Shown here in pieces: positions 7,186 through 16,003 of a stretch of DNA of 28,263 nt (position 1 is its first letter; each line of letters begins with the position of its first letter). Made by a program: the position numbers and the translations under genes. Origin of the DNA: a virus (Duplodnaviria > Caudoviricetes). The stretch spans positions 1-28,263 of IMG/VR virus record IMGVR_UViG_3300016478_000206, one strand, 5' to 3'. The notes under the pieces were generated by a model that was given only the letters and a program-made list of their open reading frames with translations, ran no database searches and was not told the origin of the DNA.

Positions 7186-9462
7186 ATGCAGCACACACCA
7201 GAAGAAAACGAGCCCGTGGACACGCCAGACGGCGCACTAACGGTGGACGAATACCGCGAGATCCACGAAGAGATCGACAACCAGCCGCGCGAGTGGCGAG
7301 CAGTCGCTGACCGCGAGATGGACTATGCCGAGGGGAACCAACTCAAGACCGAGCTGCTGGAGGCCCAGCGCCAGCTTGGCATTCCACCCAGCATGGAGAA
7401 CCTGATTGGCGCAGCCTTGGAAGGCATTCGCGGCTATGAAGAGGCAACACGCACAGACTGGCGCGTGACAGCCAACGGCCAGCCAGGCGGCCAGGACGTG
7501 GCCGACGCTATCAGCTTCAAGCTCAACGAAGCCGAGCGCAACAGCAGGGCCGACGATGCCTGCGGCAAGGCGTTTTACCCGCAGATTGGCGTGGGCCTGG
7601 GCTGGGTGGAGGTCAGCAAGGGCGATGACCCATTCGGCTACCCCTACCAGTGCTTGCCGGTCAGCCGCAACGAAATCCACTGGGACTGGGCCAGCGAACG
7701 CGACGACATGACTGACGCACGCTGGCTGCGCCGTCAGCGCTGGATGCACGCCAGCCGCTTGGCGCGTGTGTTCCCTGAGCATTCGGAGCTCATCAAGCGC
7801 TTTGGCAAGGCCGGTACAGGTTGGTGGGGCGAATACAGCGGAGAGGACGTTGGCGGGCAAAGCACGGGCCTAAACCGCGCCTGGGACGTGGCCCGTGAAT
7901 GGACGATTCAGGAAGACCGCTGGCACAACCCGCACAATAAAGAAGTCTGCGCTACCGAGCTGTGGTATCGCCGCTGGGTGGACGTGGTGGTGCTCAAGAG
8001 CCCAGACGGCCGGGTGGTGGAGTACGACGAGGAAAACCCCGCCCATGTGCATGCCGTGGCCAACAACTTGGTGGAGTACCGACGCGCCGTGGTGGCCCGT
8101 GTGCGCCGCAGCTACTGGCTTGGGCCGCATGTGCTTTTCGATGGGCCAACGCCTTACTCCCACCGCTATTTCCCCTATGTGCCTTTTTGGGGATTCCGCG
8201 AAGAGAGTACGCGCGTGCCCTTTGGCTATATCCGCAACATGCTCTACCAACAGGACACGCTCAACAGCGGCAACTCGCGCCTGCGCTGGGGCATGAGTGC
8301 CTACCGCGTAGAGCGCACCAAAGGTGCGATTGCAATGGCGGACGACCAATTCCGCCGCACTGTGGGCCGCTTGGATGCAGACATCGTGCTGGATGCTGCC
8401 CACATGGCCCAGCCAGGCGCGCGGTTTACTGTGGAGCGCGACTACCAGATGAACCAGCAGCAGATGGACATGCTGGCCAACGCACGCCAAGCCATCGAGC
8501 GCGTGAACCCGGCAGCAGCAGGGGCTTTCAGTGGACGACGCGGCACGGCCACCAGCGGCATTCAGGAGCAAACCCAGGTGGAGCAGGCCAACCAGTCGCT
8601 GGCGCACATGATGGGCAACTTCAAGCGTGGCCGAACCCTGGTGGGCGAGATGCTGATGGCAATGATCGTGCAGGACATGGGCAAGGAAGAAAGCACGGTG
8701 GTGATCGAGGGTGACGCAATCACGCCGGAGCGCACCATCATCATCAACCGCCAGGAGACAGACGCAGCAGGTTACCCCTACCTTTCCAACGACCTGCAGC
8801 GAACGCGCCTGATGGTGGGCTTGGAGGACGTGCCGAGCAGTCCGACCTATCGCGGCCAGCAACTCAATGTGCTGTCGGAAGTGGTTAAGTCCATGCCGCC
8901 GCAGTTCCAGGCCGTGGTGATGCCGCTCATGGCTTCGCTTATGGACATGCCATTCAAAAACCAGTTGGTGGAGGCGCTGCAGCAGGCCGGGGCGCAAGAG
9001 ACACCCGAGCAGGTGGAGCAACGCATTCAACAGGCGGTGCAGGACGCGCTGGCCAAGGCCGGGAACGATCTCAAGTCGCGCGAGCTGGATATGAAGGAGC
9101 GGCTGACCGAGGCCCAGATCAAGCAGATCATGGCCCAGGCGGTGCAGACCGGCGTGCAGGCCGCATTCAGTGCCATGCAGGGCGGCGCTCAGGTGGCGAT
9201 GCAACCGCAGATCGCGCCCATTGCCGATGCCATCATGCAGGGCGCGGGCTACCAGAAGCCCAACCCGGGCGGCGACGACCCCAATTTCCCGACCCCAGCC
9301 GGTGTGCCAATGCAACCAGCGCCAGCCGACCAAGGCGCGGAGCTGGGCGACGTGCAGGCCAACACCAGCCCAGCATTCCCACCCGTGCCACAACAGGCAG
9401 AGCAGGGAATGACCGGAATTGAGACACCGACCACCACCGATAACCTTGGAGTAGAGCAATGA
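7186..9462 (+). CDS. Portal protein (P22-like, podoviral)
   Basis: 758 aa directly after terL; DYAEGNQ, NLIG, G.GWVEV, FPYVPFWG motifs; Gln-rich helical C-terminus. Confidence 0.9.
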   Translation: MQHTPEENEPVDTPDGALTVDEYREIHEEIDNQPREWRAVADREMDYAEGNQLKTELLEAQRQLGIPPSMENLIGAALEGIRGYEEATRTDWRVTANGQPGGQDVADAISFKLNEAERNSRADDACGKAFYPQIGVGLGWVEVSKGDDPFGYPYQCLPVSRNEIHWDWASERDDMTDARWLRRQRWMHASRLARVFPEHSELIKRFGKAGTGWWGEYSGEDVGGQSTGLNRAWDVAREWTIQEDRWHNPHNKEVCATELWYRRWVDVVVLKSPDGRVVEYDEENPAHVHAVANNLVEYRRAVVARVRRSYWLGPHVLFDGPTPYSHRYFPYVPFWGFREESTRVPFGYIRNMLYQQDTLNSGNSRLRWGMSAYRVERTKGAIAMADDQFRRTVGRLDADIVLDAAHMAQPGARFTVERDYQMNQQQMDMLANARQAIERVNPAAAGAFSGRRGTATSGIQEQTQVEQANQSLAHMMGNFKRGRTLVGEMLMAMIVQDMGKEESTVVIEGDAITPERTIIINRQETDAAGYPYLSNDLQRTRLMVGLEDVPSSPTYRGQQLNVLSEVVKSMPPQFQAVVMPLMASLMDMPFKNQLVEALQQAGAQETPEQVEQRIQQAVQDALAKAGNDLKSRELDMKERLTEAQIKQIMAQAVQTGVQAAFSAMQGGAQVAMQPQIAPIADAIMQGAGYQKPNPGGDDPNFPTPAGVPMQPAPADQGAELGDVQANTSPAFPPVPQQAEQGMTGIETPTTTDNLGVEQ

Positions 9463-9653
9463 CCGCTCAACAACAAATTGACAACACCATCATTCAAGTG
9501 ATGACCAAGGCGCTGGATGAGCTTGCATCCGCCTGCATAGACGAGACTGGCGCAGCAAAGGCACCAGACAAGAAGGCGCTGATGAAGGCCCGCGCCATGC
9601 TGCCATCTTGGTGCGCAAACTCACTGACCAAGCCAGCAGCCAAACAGGCATAG
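9459..9653 (+). CDS. Small hypothetical protein (64 aa)
   Basis: ATGA overlap with the portal stop, GGAG SD, followed by a terminator. Confidence 0.65.
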   Translation: MTAQQQIDNTIIQVMTKALDELASACIDETGAAKAPDKKALMKARAMLPSWCANSLTKPAAKQA

Positions 9654-9671
9654 CCAGCGCCAGCACCACAC

Positions 9672-9697
9672 AAAGCCGCCCACCGAGGCGGCTTTTT
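9672..9697 (+). terminator. Rho-independent terminator
   Basis: AAAGCCGCC-caccga-GGCGGCTTTTT. Confidence 0.85.
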
Positions 9698-9709
9698 CAT
9701 GCCCGCCCA

Positions 9710-9747
9710 GCATAGGGTTTAGCGAATCCCAAGTTCTTTTTGAGACT
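9710..9747 (+). promoter_or_regulatory. Putative late promoter 2 (head/tail operon)
   Basis: GCATAGGGTT-N22-GAGACT. Confidence 0.65.
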
Positions 9748-9896
9748 TGCCCATAAGCACCGCGCACGCGATGCGAAGCCCGATAGCGCTTTGACGCTTC
9801 GGAATCGAGAGCAGACGGAGCGAGCCACAGGCACGCACCTGATTGCTGCCCCTTGCGGCCACGGCGATATGTGGCGGGAAAGCAGGACTCAAAAAC

Positions 9897-10928
9897 ATGG
9901 GATTCGACTATTCAAACATCGAGGGCGCTTTAACGCCTGAACAGGCCGCCGCAGCTTTGGCCGCTGGCGAGGGCGATACCAGTGCAGAACTGGAAAACGG
10001 TGGCGCGCCCGATGCCACTACTGAGCAGGACGACGCAGCAGCCAACGATGGCGACAACAAGGCCAAGCCCGACGCGGCAGCCACCGGCGATGGAGCAAGC
10101 GCCACGACCGAAGCGGGAGAGCCCGCCAATGCCGTGGTGCTGGCGCGCGATCGTGTTCACACCATCCCCTACGAAAAGCTGGAAGAAGCCCGAAAGGGTG
10201 AACAAGAAGCCCGCAAAGGCGAACAGCACTGGAAAGCCCTGGCAGAAGCCGCCCAGCAACAGCTGGCCGAGCTGCAGGCCCAGGCGCAAGCCCGAGCAGA
10301 TGCCGGGACTGCCCCGACCAAGACCGACAACATGGTGGCCACTGCAGAGGCTGCCATCGAGGCGGGCGCGGACGTGGGCATCTTTGGCGACTTCTCAGAA
10401 GAGGCACTTGCAAAAGGTATTGCAACGCTGGTGGAACAGCAGGTTCAGGCGCGTGTAAACGCGGCATTGGAGCCTCTGGCCACCAAGCAGGCGAAGGACG
10501 CGGCAGCCGCCCACTACGACGCCATCTATACCAAGCACCCGGACGCGGATTCGATTGCCCAAAGCACCGAGTTCGCGGCCTGGGTCAATGCCCAGCCCAG
10601 TGCAGTTCGCAACGCCTATTGGGGGCTTTTCGATGCCCAGACAGGCGGCACGGCCGAGGAAATCGTCGAAGTGTTCGATGCCTTCAAGGCCGCGAGCACG
10701 CCGAATCCCAACACCCCAGCAGCAGCCAACTACAAGGCCGCTGCCAGCGCCGCCGTAGCGGCAGCCAAAGCCACACCACCCGCGAGTCTGTCCAGTATTC
10801 CTGGCGCTCGTGTGGAGGGTGCTTCTGAGCTGGACCGCGCGGCGGATATGTCCGGCCCCGATATGCTGGAGGCGACAAAGAACATGTCGCCCGCGCAGAT
10901 CGAGGCATGGCTAGACCGTCAGATTTAA
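9897..10928 (+). CDS. Capsid scaffolding protein
   Basis: Acidic, Ala-rich and coiled-coil; HTIPYEKL and HPD motifs; lies between portal and capsid; AGGA SD before ATG 9897. Confidence 0.8.
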   Translation: MGFDYSNIEGALTPEQAAAALAAGEGDTSAELENGGAPDATTEQDDAAANDGDNKAKPDAAATGDGASATTEAGEPANAVVLARDRVHTIPYEKLEEARKGEQEARKGEQHWKALAEAAQQQLAELQAQAQARADAGTAPTKTDNMVATAEAAIEAGADVGIFGDFSEEALAKGIATLVEQQVQARVNAALEPLATKQAKDAAAAHYDAIYTKHPDADSIAQSTEFAAWVNAQPSAVRNAYWGLFDAQTGGTAEEIVEVFDAFKAASTPNPNTPAAANYKAAASAAVAAAKATPPASLSSIPGARVEGASELDRAADMSGPDMLEATKNMSPAQIEAWLDRQI

Positions 10929-10940
10929 GGAGTGCCAGCC

Positions 10941-12236
10941 ATGAGCACGAGCAAAACCAATACCCCGCACGGGGCACCGGGCAACATGATTCAGCAGGCC
11001 GTGGGTGTTTTCAACACCTGCAGTCAGCGCAACACGCAAATGCGCCACCTGACGGGCTCCATGCCCCAGGTCGGCGCGGCTGTAGCTGCAGCAGGCGGCA
11101 AGCAGTCCAAGACCACGATGCCCATTGTTCAGGCGCAGAACCTGACAAAGAACAAGGGTGACGAAATCACCTTCCATCTGGATAACCCCATTGGCGGCTA
11201 CCCCATCATGGGCAGCGACTACGCCGAGGGCAAGGGCATTGGCATGTCCTACAGCGAGGACAAGCTGCGCATCAACCAGGCGCGTTTCCCGATCGACATG
11301 GGCAACACCATGACGACCTTCCGCACGCCCTACGACCAGCGCCGCATGGCCCGGCCCAAGGCGCAAAAGCTGATGAACCAATACATGGATCAATCCATTT
11401 TGGTTCACCTGTCTGGTGCGCGTGGCTTTCAGGATCACAAGATCGAATGGTCGGTGCCCCTGGCCAGCCACAAGGACTTCGGCAGCATCATGGTGAACCG
11501 CGTCAAAGCGCCCACCAAAAACCGCCACCTTGTGGCTGGTGGTGGCAGTGTGGCCGAGCTGGCGGTAAATAGTGGTGAGCTGAAGATCGCTACCACCGAC
11601 ACCTTGAGCATGGATGTGCTTGATTCGGTGCGCCAGTGGAGCGACAGCATCCCGCTGCCTCCCCCGCCTGTGGAATTTGACAACGACCAGGCCGCGACCG
11701 ACAGCCCGATTCGCGTTTTCCTGGCTTCGCCTGCTCAATACAGCGCGTTTGCCACCGATCCCGCTTTCCGCTCTTTCCAGGCTAACGCCCATGCCCGCGC
11801 CCGCTTGGCCAAGGATCACCCGCTGTTCCTGGGCGATGCTGGCCTGTGGAACGGCATCCTGATCCTGAAGAACCCCAAGGCCATCCGCTTCTACGCTGGC
11901 GACGAAATCAAGTATTGCGCCGCCTATGACAGCGAAGTGGAATCGTCTTGCGTGGTGCCTTCGTCTTTCACCGACAAGTTCGCGGTGGATCGTGGCCTGC
12001 TGCTGGGCGGCCAAGCCCTGGCCATGGCCTTCGGCGCGTCCGAGCACTCGGGCATCCCGTTCTTCTGGAGTGAAGAGAAGGGCGACCACGGCGACAAGAT
12101 GGAAATGCTGATTGGCGCCATCTGGGGCGCTTCCAAGATTCGCTTTGCAGTGGATCACGGCGACCACACGGAATTTACCGACCACGGCGTGACTGTGTTG
12201 GATACCGCTGTGTCCATCATGAAGCCGCGCGGCTGA
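10941..12236 (+). CDS. Major capsid protein (N4-gp56/DUF4043 family)
   Basis: LTKNKGDEITF, HLSGARG, VKAPTKNRH, LLGGQALA and DHGV motifs; AAGGAG SD. Confidence 0.9.
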   Translation: MSTSKTNTPHGAPGNMIQQAVGVFNTCSQRNTQMRHLTGSMPQVGAAVAAAGGKQSKTTMPIVQAQNLTKNKGDEITFHLDNPIGGYPIMGSDYAEGKGIGMSYSEDKLRINQARFPIDMGNTMTTFRTPYDQRRMARPKAQKLMNQYMDQSILVHLSGARGFQDHKIEWSVPLASHKDFGSIMVNRVKAPTKNRHLVAGGGSVAELAVNSGELKIATTDTLSMDVLDSVRQWSDSIPLPPPPVEFDNDQAATDSPIRVFLASPAQYSAFATDPAFRSFQANAHARARLAKDHPLFLGDAGLWNGILILKNPKAIRFYAGDEIKYCAAYDSEVESSCVVPSSFTDKFAVDRGLLLGGQALAMAFGASEHSGIPFFWSEEKGDHGDKMEMLIGAIWGASKIRFAVDHGDHTEFTDHGVTVLDTAVSIMKPRG

Positions 12237-12246
12237 TGACCTGACC

Positions 12247-12276
12247 CAAGGCCAGTCGGTTCAATGACTGGCCTTG
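12247..12276 (+). terminator. Strong hairpin after the capsid gene (attenuator or mRNA stabiliser)
   Basis: CAAGGCCAGTC-N8-GACTGGCCTTG, perfect 11-bp stem with a weak U-tract. Confidence 0.6.
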
Positions 12277-12306
12277 TATTCAACCCCTGATTTACCGGAG
12301 GCCACC

Positions 12307-12786
12307 ATGGCAACCATCAAGAAAAAATTTATCGGTGACAAGCAGTTCGGCGGCTTCACGCCATACGGCAACGTCACGACCATTCGCGCAACGCTGCAGA
12401 CCAACTCCACCGGCGCGGCCATCAATTCCGACTCTGCTGCCGCCATCGCTGTGGGCGATGTGGTGGTTTTGGAAAAGCTGCCCGAGGGCTTCCTGCTGGA
12501 AGACGCGCAGGTGATTGTGTCCACCGGCATGACCGCGACCGCCACTGGATCGCTTGGATTCATCTACGCCGATGGCGTGGATAGCACCGATGTTCCCCAG
12601 GATGCGGCCTACTTTGGCGCTGGCCTTAACGCGGCTACCGCTGCCCGCATCCGCACTGCCAGCACCAAGGCCCCTGTGCGTTTGGCCAAGGAGGCTTACC
12701 TGGTGTGGACGCAAGGCGTGATTGCCAATGCCAAGGCATCGCGCATTGACGTGATTGTCCACGGCGAGCGCATGGGCCCGAACTAA
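12307..12786 (+). CDS. Putative head decoration / virion structural protein
   Basis: GGAGG SD; small beta-rich protein immediately after the capsid gene. Confidence 0.7.
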   Translation: MATIKKKFIGDKQFGGFTPYGNVTTIRATLQTNSTGAAINSDSAAAIAVGDVVVLEKLPEGFLLEDAQVIVSTGMTATATGSLGFIYADGVDSTDVPQDAAYFGAGLNAATAARIRTASTKAPVRLAKEAYLVWTQGVIANAKASRIDVIVHGERMGPN

Positions 12787-12855
12787 GGCGCAAGCAGAAG
12801 AGTGGGGCGGGCTTCGCGGCCTGCCCCGCCATGGCATCACCAGCAGGGACACGAC

Positions 12856-13290
12856 ATGACCACACCCCAAGACGTTGCAGTGACCTACACCGGCACTGAC
12901 GACCCTTTCAAAGACCGCATTTACCGCTCTGGCCTGACGTTCGCGCCTGGCCAGACTCGCATGGTGCCTGCTACGCTGGCCCAGCGCTTCCTGCGTCACT
13001 CGGACGTGTTCAAAGAAGGTTCTGCTGGTGAAGCCAAGAAAGCCAAACAGGCCCAGGCCGAGCAGGACGACACCAAGCAGGTGCTGGAGCAGCAACAGCA
13101 GGAGCAGGACGAGCAGCGCCAGCAAGAGGATGCCCGCTTTGCCCTGATTGACCAGCTGGACAGCATGGACAAGCCCGGCCTGATTGCCTGGGCAAAGGAC
13201 AACTACAAGCAGTCCATCCCCGGCAACCTGGGGATTGAGAAGGTGCGCGAGCGTGCCAAGGGCTTCATTGACCAGTACGGAGCACCATGA
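12856..13290 (+). CDS. Hypothetical head-associated protein
   Basis: AGGGA SD; ATGA-coupled to the adaptor gene. Confidence 0.7.
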   Translation: MTTPQDVAVTYTGTDDPFKDRIYRSGLTFAPGQTRMVPATLAQRFLRHSDVFKEGSAGEAKKAKQAQAEQDDTKQVLEQQQQEQDEQRQQEDARFALIDQLDSMDKPGLIAWAKDNYKQSIPGNLGIEKVRERAKGFIDQYGAP

Positions 13291-13949
13291 CGCTGGAAGA
13301 CCTCATTCGCCGCTTCCGCGTGCTGGCCAACGACAACGCACAGCCCTACTTTTGGGAAGACGTGGACGTTACCGACTGGCTGGACGATGCCCATGCGCAG
13401 GCGTGCATCCGTGGGCGGCTGCTGCGCGACGACGCCACGGCGAGTGTGTGCACCATTGCTTTGACGCCAGGCAAGGCCACATACAAGCTGCACCCCAAGC
13501 TGTACGAAATCATTTCGATCCGATTGGTGCCTGCTGACGGCTGCCCCCGCCCGGTTGCGCTGAAGTCGCGCGAGTGGCTGGATGCAAACTACCGCGACTG
13601 GCGCGATTGCCAGCGCCCCGTGGTGACGGCCATCCAAAACGACACCAGCATCCGAGTGGTGGGCAAGGTGGAAGTGGGTGACACGCTGCAGATGGAGGTG
13701 TACCGCCTTCCCATGCTGTCGCTGTCCGACTCGGACACCCCCGAGATTCACGAAGCGCACCACGAGCATTTGGTTCAGTGGGCGCTGCACCGCGCTTTCA
13801 GCATCCCGGACACCGAGGCGTTTGATCCTGCGCGCGCAGCCAGCGCCGAGGCGGCATTTACCCGCTACTTCGGCTTGCTGCCCGACAGCGACATGCGCCG
13901 CACCACGCGCGAGGACGTGGTGCACCACAACGTGTCGATCTTTCCCTGA
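13287..13949 (+). CDS. Head-tail adaptor-like protein (DUF6682-like)
   Basis: MTL..LI..FR...D...PY.W, PEIHEAHH..LV.WA, F..YFG motifs. Confidence 0.75.
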   Translation: MTLEDLIRRFRVLANDNAQPYFWEDVDVTDWLDDAHAQACIRGRLLRDDATASVCTIALTPGKATYKLHPKLYEIISIRLVPADGCPRPVALKSREWLDANYRDWRDCQRPVVTAIQNDTSIRVVGKVEVGDTLQMEVYRLPMLSLSDSDTPEIHEAHHEHLVQWALHRAFSIPDTEAFDPARAASAEAAFTRYFGLLPDSDMRRTTREDVVHHNVSIFP

Positions 13950-13976
13950 CCGAACCCGCATCGCCATAGCAGAGCC

Positions 13977-15113
13977 ATGAAGCACATCACGCTCAACCAG
14001 TTCACCGGAATCAACAACCAGTTGAGCCCCGATGACATGGACAAGGCCGACCTAGCGGCATGCGTCAACTTCGATGTCAATGATGCTGGCGCCTTGGTGT
14101 CTCGCCCTGGGCTTGCGAGCGTGTGGACTGGCACGGATGCTCATTCGCTGCATGGCCACGACGGGGCGCTGTTCTTTCGTGCTGCGGACAAGTTGTACCG
14201 ACTGGCTGGCGGTGTGGCTGCGGTGGTGGACACCGGGCTTGATGGCGCGACCTGCTTTGCCAGCGCGCCGCAGGGACTGTTCTATTCGGATGGCCAGCGG
14301 TGCCGCGTCTATGCCGGTGGAACCGCCGCCTCCTGGGGCCTGCCTGCGCCTTCGTTTTCTGTGAGTGGGGCGCCTGGCACCAGCCTGGTAACGGCGGTGT
14401 ACCTGCGCGACGGGATGGAGTCTGGAGCAGCTACCCCCGCCGCTGCCGGTGATACAGCGGTGGTGGACATCCCGGCGCATCCGGAGGCCACGCACAAGGC
14501 GGTGTACCTGTCCAAGCCCGGTGGCACGGTGCTGTACCGGGCGGCTGTGGTGCCTGTGGGGCATGGTCCCGTCACGGTGAACGCCAGCATGGCCACCGGC
14601 CCGGCGCTGGAAACGCTTCACAAAACACCACCGCCAGGGCACGAGGTTTCTGCAATCTGGAATGGCCGTGCGCTGGTAGGGGCAGGCCGATTCCTCCTGT
14701 ACTCGGACCCTTTCCGGTTCGATCTGTTCGACCCATTGCGTCAGGCCGTCCCATTCCCCAGTGACGTGACCTTGCTGGTGGCGGTTTCTCCACAGGCGCT
14801 GATTGTGGGCACCGACAGCGCGATCTATCGCCTGACCGGCGCGGACATTGGCGCGGCATCCATGAGCCAGATCGCCGACTTCGGCGCGGTGCGCGGCGCC
14901 GGGGTGCGGGTGGATGCAAGCGTCTTCCCCGATGCGGGGCAGAGTGTCGGCGTGGTGTTTGCCGCGCATGGTGGCTTCTGCTTTGTCGGGGCTGATGGTG
15001 GTGTGGCCAACCTGAGTGGGGCGCGGTTTCGACCGGGGCGCTTCATTTCCGGGTCGGCTGCTTTTTCTCGAAAGCCGGGCAATCACTCGGTGGTTTTCAC
15101 GATCCGCAAGTAA
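13977..15113 (+). CDS. Putative tail tubular/nozzle-type virion protein
   Basis: FTGINN...NFDV...G.L..RPG N-terminus; beta-rich; follows the adaptor gene. Confidence 0.65.
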   Translation: MKHITLNQFTGINNQLSPDDMDKADLAACVNFDVNDAGALVSRPGLASVWTGTDAHSLHGHDGALFFRAADKLYRLAGGVAAVVDTGLDGATCFASAPQGLFYSDGQRCRVYAGGTAASWGLPAPSFSVSGAPGTSLVTAVYLRDGMESGAATPAAAGDTAVVDIPAHPEATHKAVYLSKPGGTVLYRAAVVPVGHGPVTVNASMATGPALETLHKTPPPGHEVSAIWNGRALVGAGRFLLYSDPFRFDLFDPLRQAVPFPSDVTLLVAVSPQALIVGTDSAIYRLTGADIGAASMSQIADFGAVRGAGVRVDASVFPDAGQSVGVVFAAHGGFCFVGADGGVANLSGARFRPGRFISGSAAFSRKPGNHSVVFTIRK

Positions 15114-15125
15114 TAAGGAGGCCCT

Positions 15126-15584
15126 ATGGCACTGAAACTCTCGACAGGTCTGGTCAACGCGACCATGGCCGAAAAATCGTTCAAAGCAGCGCTGGAAGGC
15201 ACCGGCGCGGCTGGTTTCTTCATCGACATCTATTCCGGCGCACGCCCGGCGAGTCCCAACGATGCGGCCACGGGAACGAAGCTGGCTCGCATCACCGCTG
15301 CGGCTGGCGCGCGCCTGCACTTTGCTGCTGCAGCCGTGGATGGCGTGATTGCCAAGGCGGCCGCTGAAACTTGGCAGGCCACGGGCCTGGCCAATGGCGC
15401 CGCAGGCTATTTCCGCGTGGTCACGGATGCTGATGCTGGTGACACATCTTCGACAACTGCGATCCGTGTGGACGGCGTGATTGCCGTTTCGGGCAGCGAC
15501 ATGGACATGACCAACACATCCATCGCACTGGGTGCGCCTCTACTCATCAACACAGCGACTTTCACGATGCCTGTCGCTGCATAA
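15126..15584 (+). CDS. Small tail/virion structural protein (paralogue A)
   Basis: TAAGGAGG SD; IYSG.RPA...DAATGTKL motif. Confidence 0.75.
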   Translation: MALKLSTGLVNATMAEKSFKAALEGTGAAGFFIDIYSGARPASPNDAATGTKLARITAAAGARLHFAAAAVDGVIAKAAAETWQATGLANGAAGYFRVVTDADAGDTSSTTAIRVDGVIAVSGSDMDMTNTSIALGAPLLINTATFTMPVAA

Positions 15585-15596
15585 GGAGCCACAACC

Positions 15597-15986
15597 TTGA
15601 CCATTCGATTCAACACGGCCATGCGCGATGCCATGGTGACTGCCCTTACAAACGCCATTAGTGGCTATACGCTCTCGATCTACACCGGATCGCAGCCAGC
15701 GACGGCGAACGATGCCGCCACTGGAACGAAGCTGGTGGACATCACGATCAACGGGTTCAATGCCCCAGTCTCAGGCTCGGCAACCCTGAACACCTCGACG
15801 CCCAACACAGGTACAGCGGTGGCGACTGGCACTGCGGGCTGGGGACGTATCGTTGGAGGTGCAGGCGAGCGCATTGACGGCACGGTGGGCACTTCGGGCA
15901 CCGACTTCACGATCAACAGCACATCCATCACCAATGGCGCGACCGTGACGCTCACGGCAATGACGGTCACCCAACCGGCATCCTGA
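15597..15986 (+). CDS. Small tail/virion structural protein (paralogue B)
   Basis: TAAGGAG SD, TTG start; IYTG.QPA...DAATGTKL motif. Confidence 0.75.
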   Translation: MTIRFNTAMRDAMVTALTNAISGYTLSIYTGSQPATANDAATGTKLVDITINGFNAPVSGSATLNTSTPNTGTAVATGTAGWGRIVGGAGERIDGTVGTSGTDFTINSTSITNGATVTLTAMTVTQPAS

Positions 15987-16003
15987 TCTGAGCCCGCAGC
16001 ACC

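Noticed and set aside
7870-9459. 529-aa minus-strand ORF, and similar ones at 10911-12185, 14052-15320 and 25636-26952
   Set aside because: Antisense shadows of well-supported GC-rich plus-strand genes, with no recognisable motifs.
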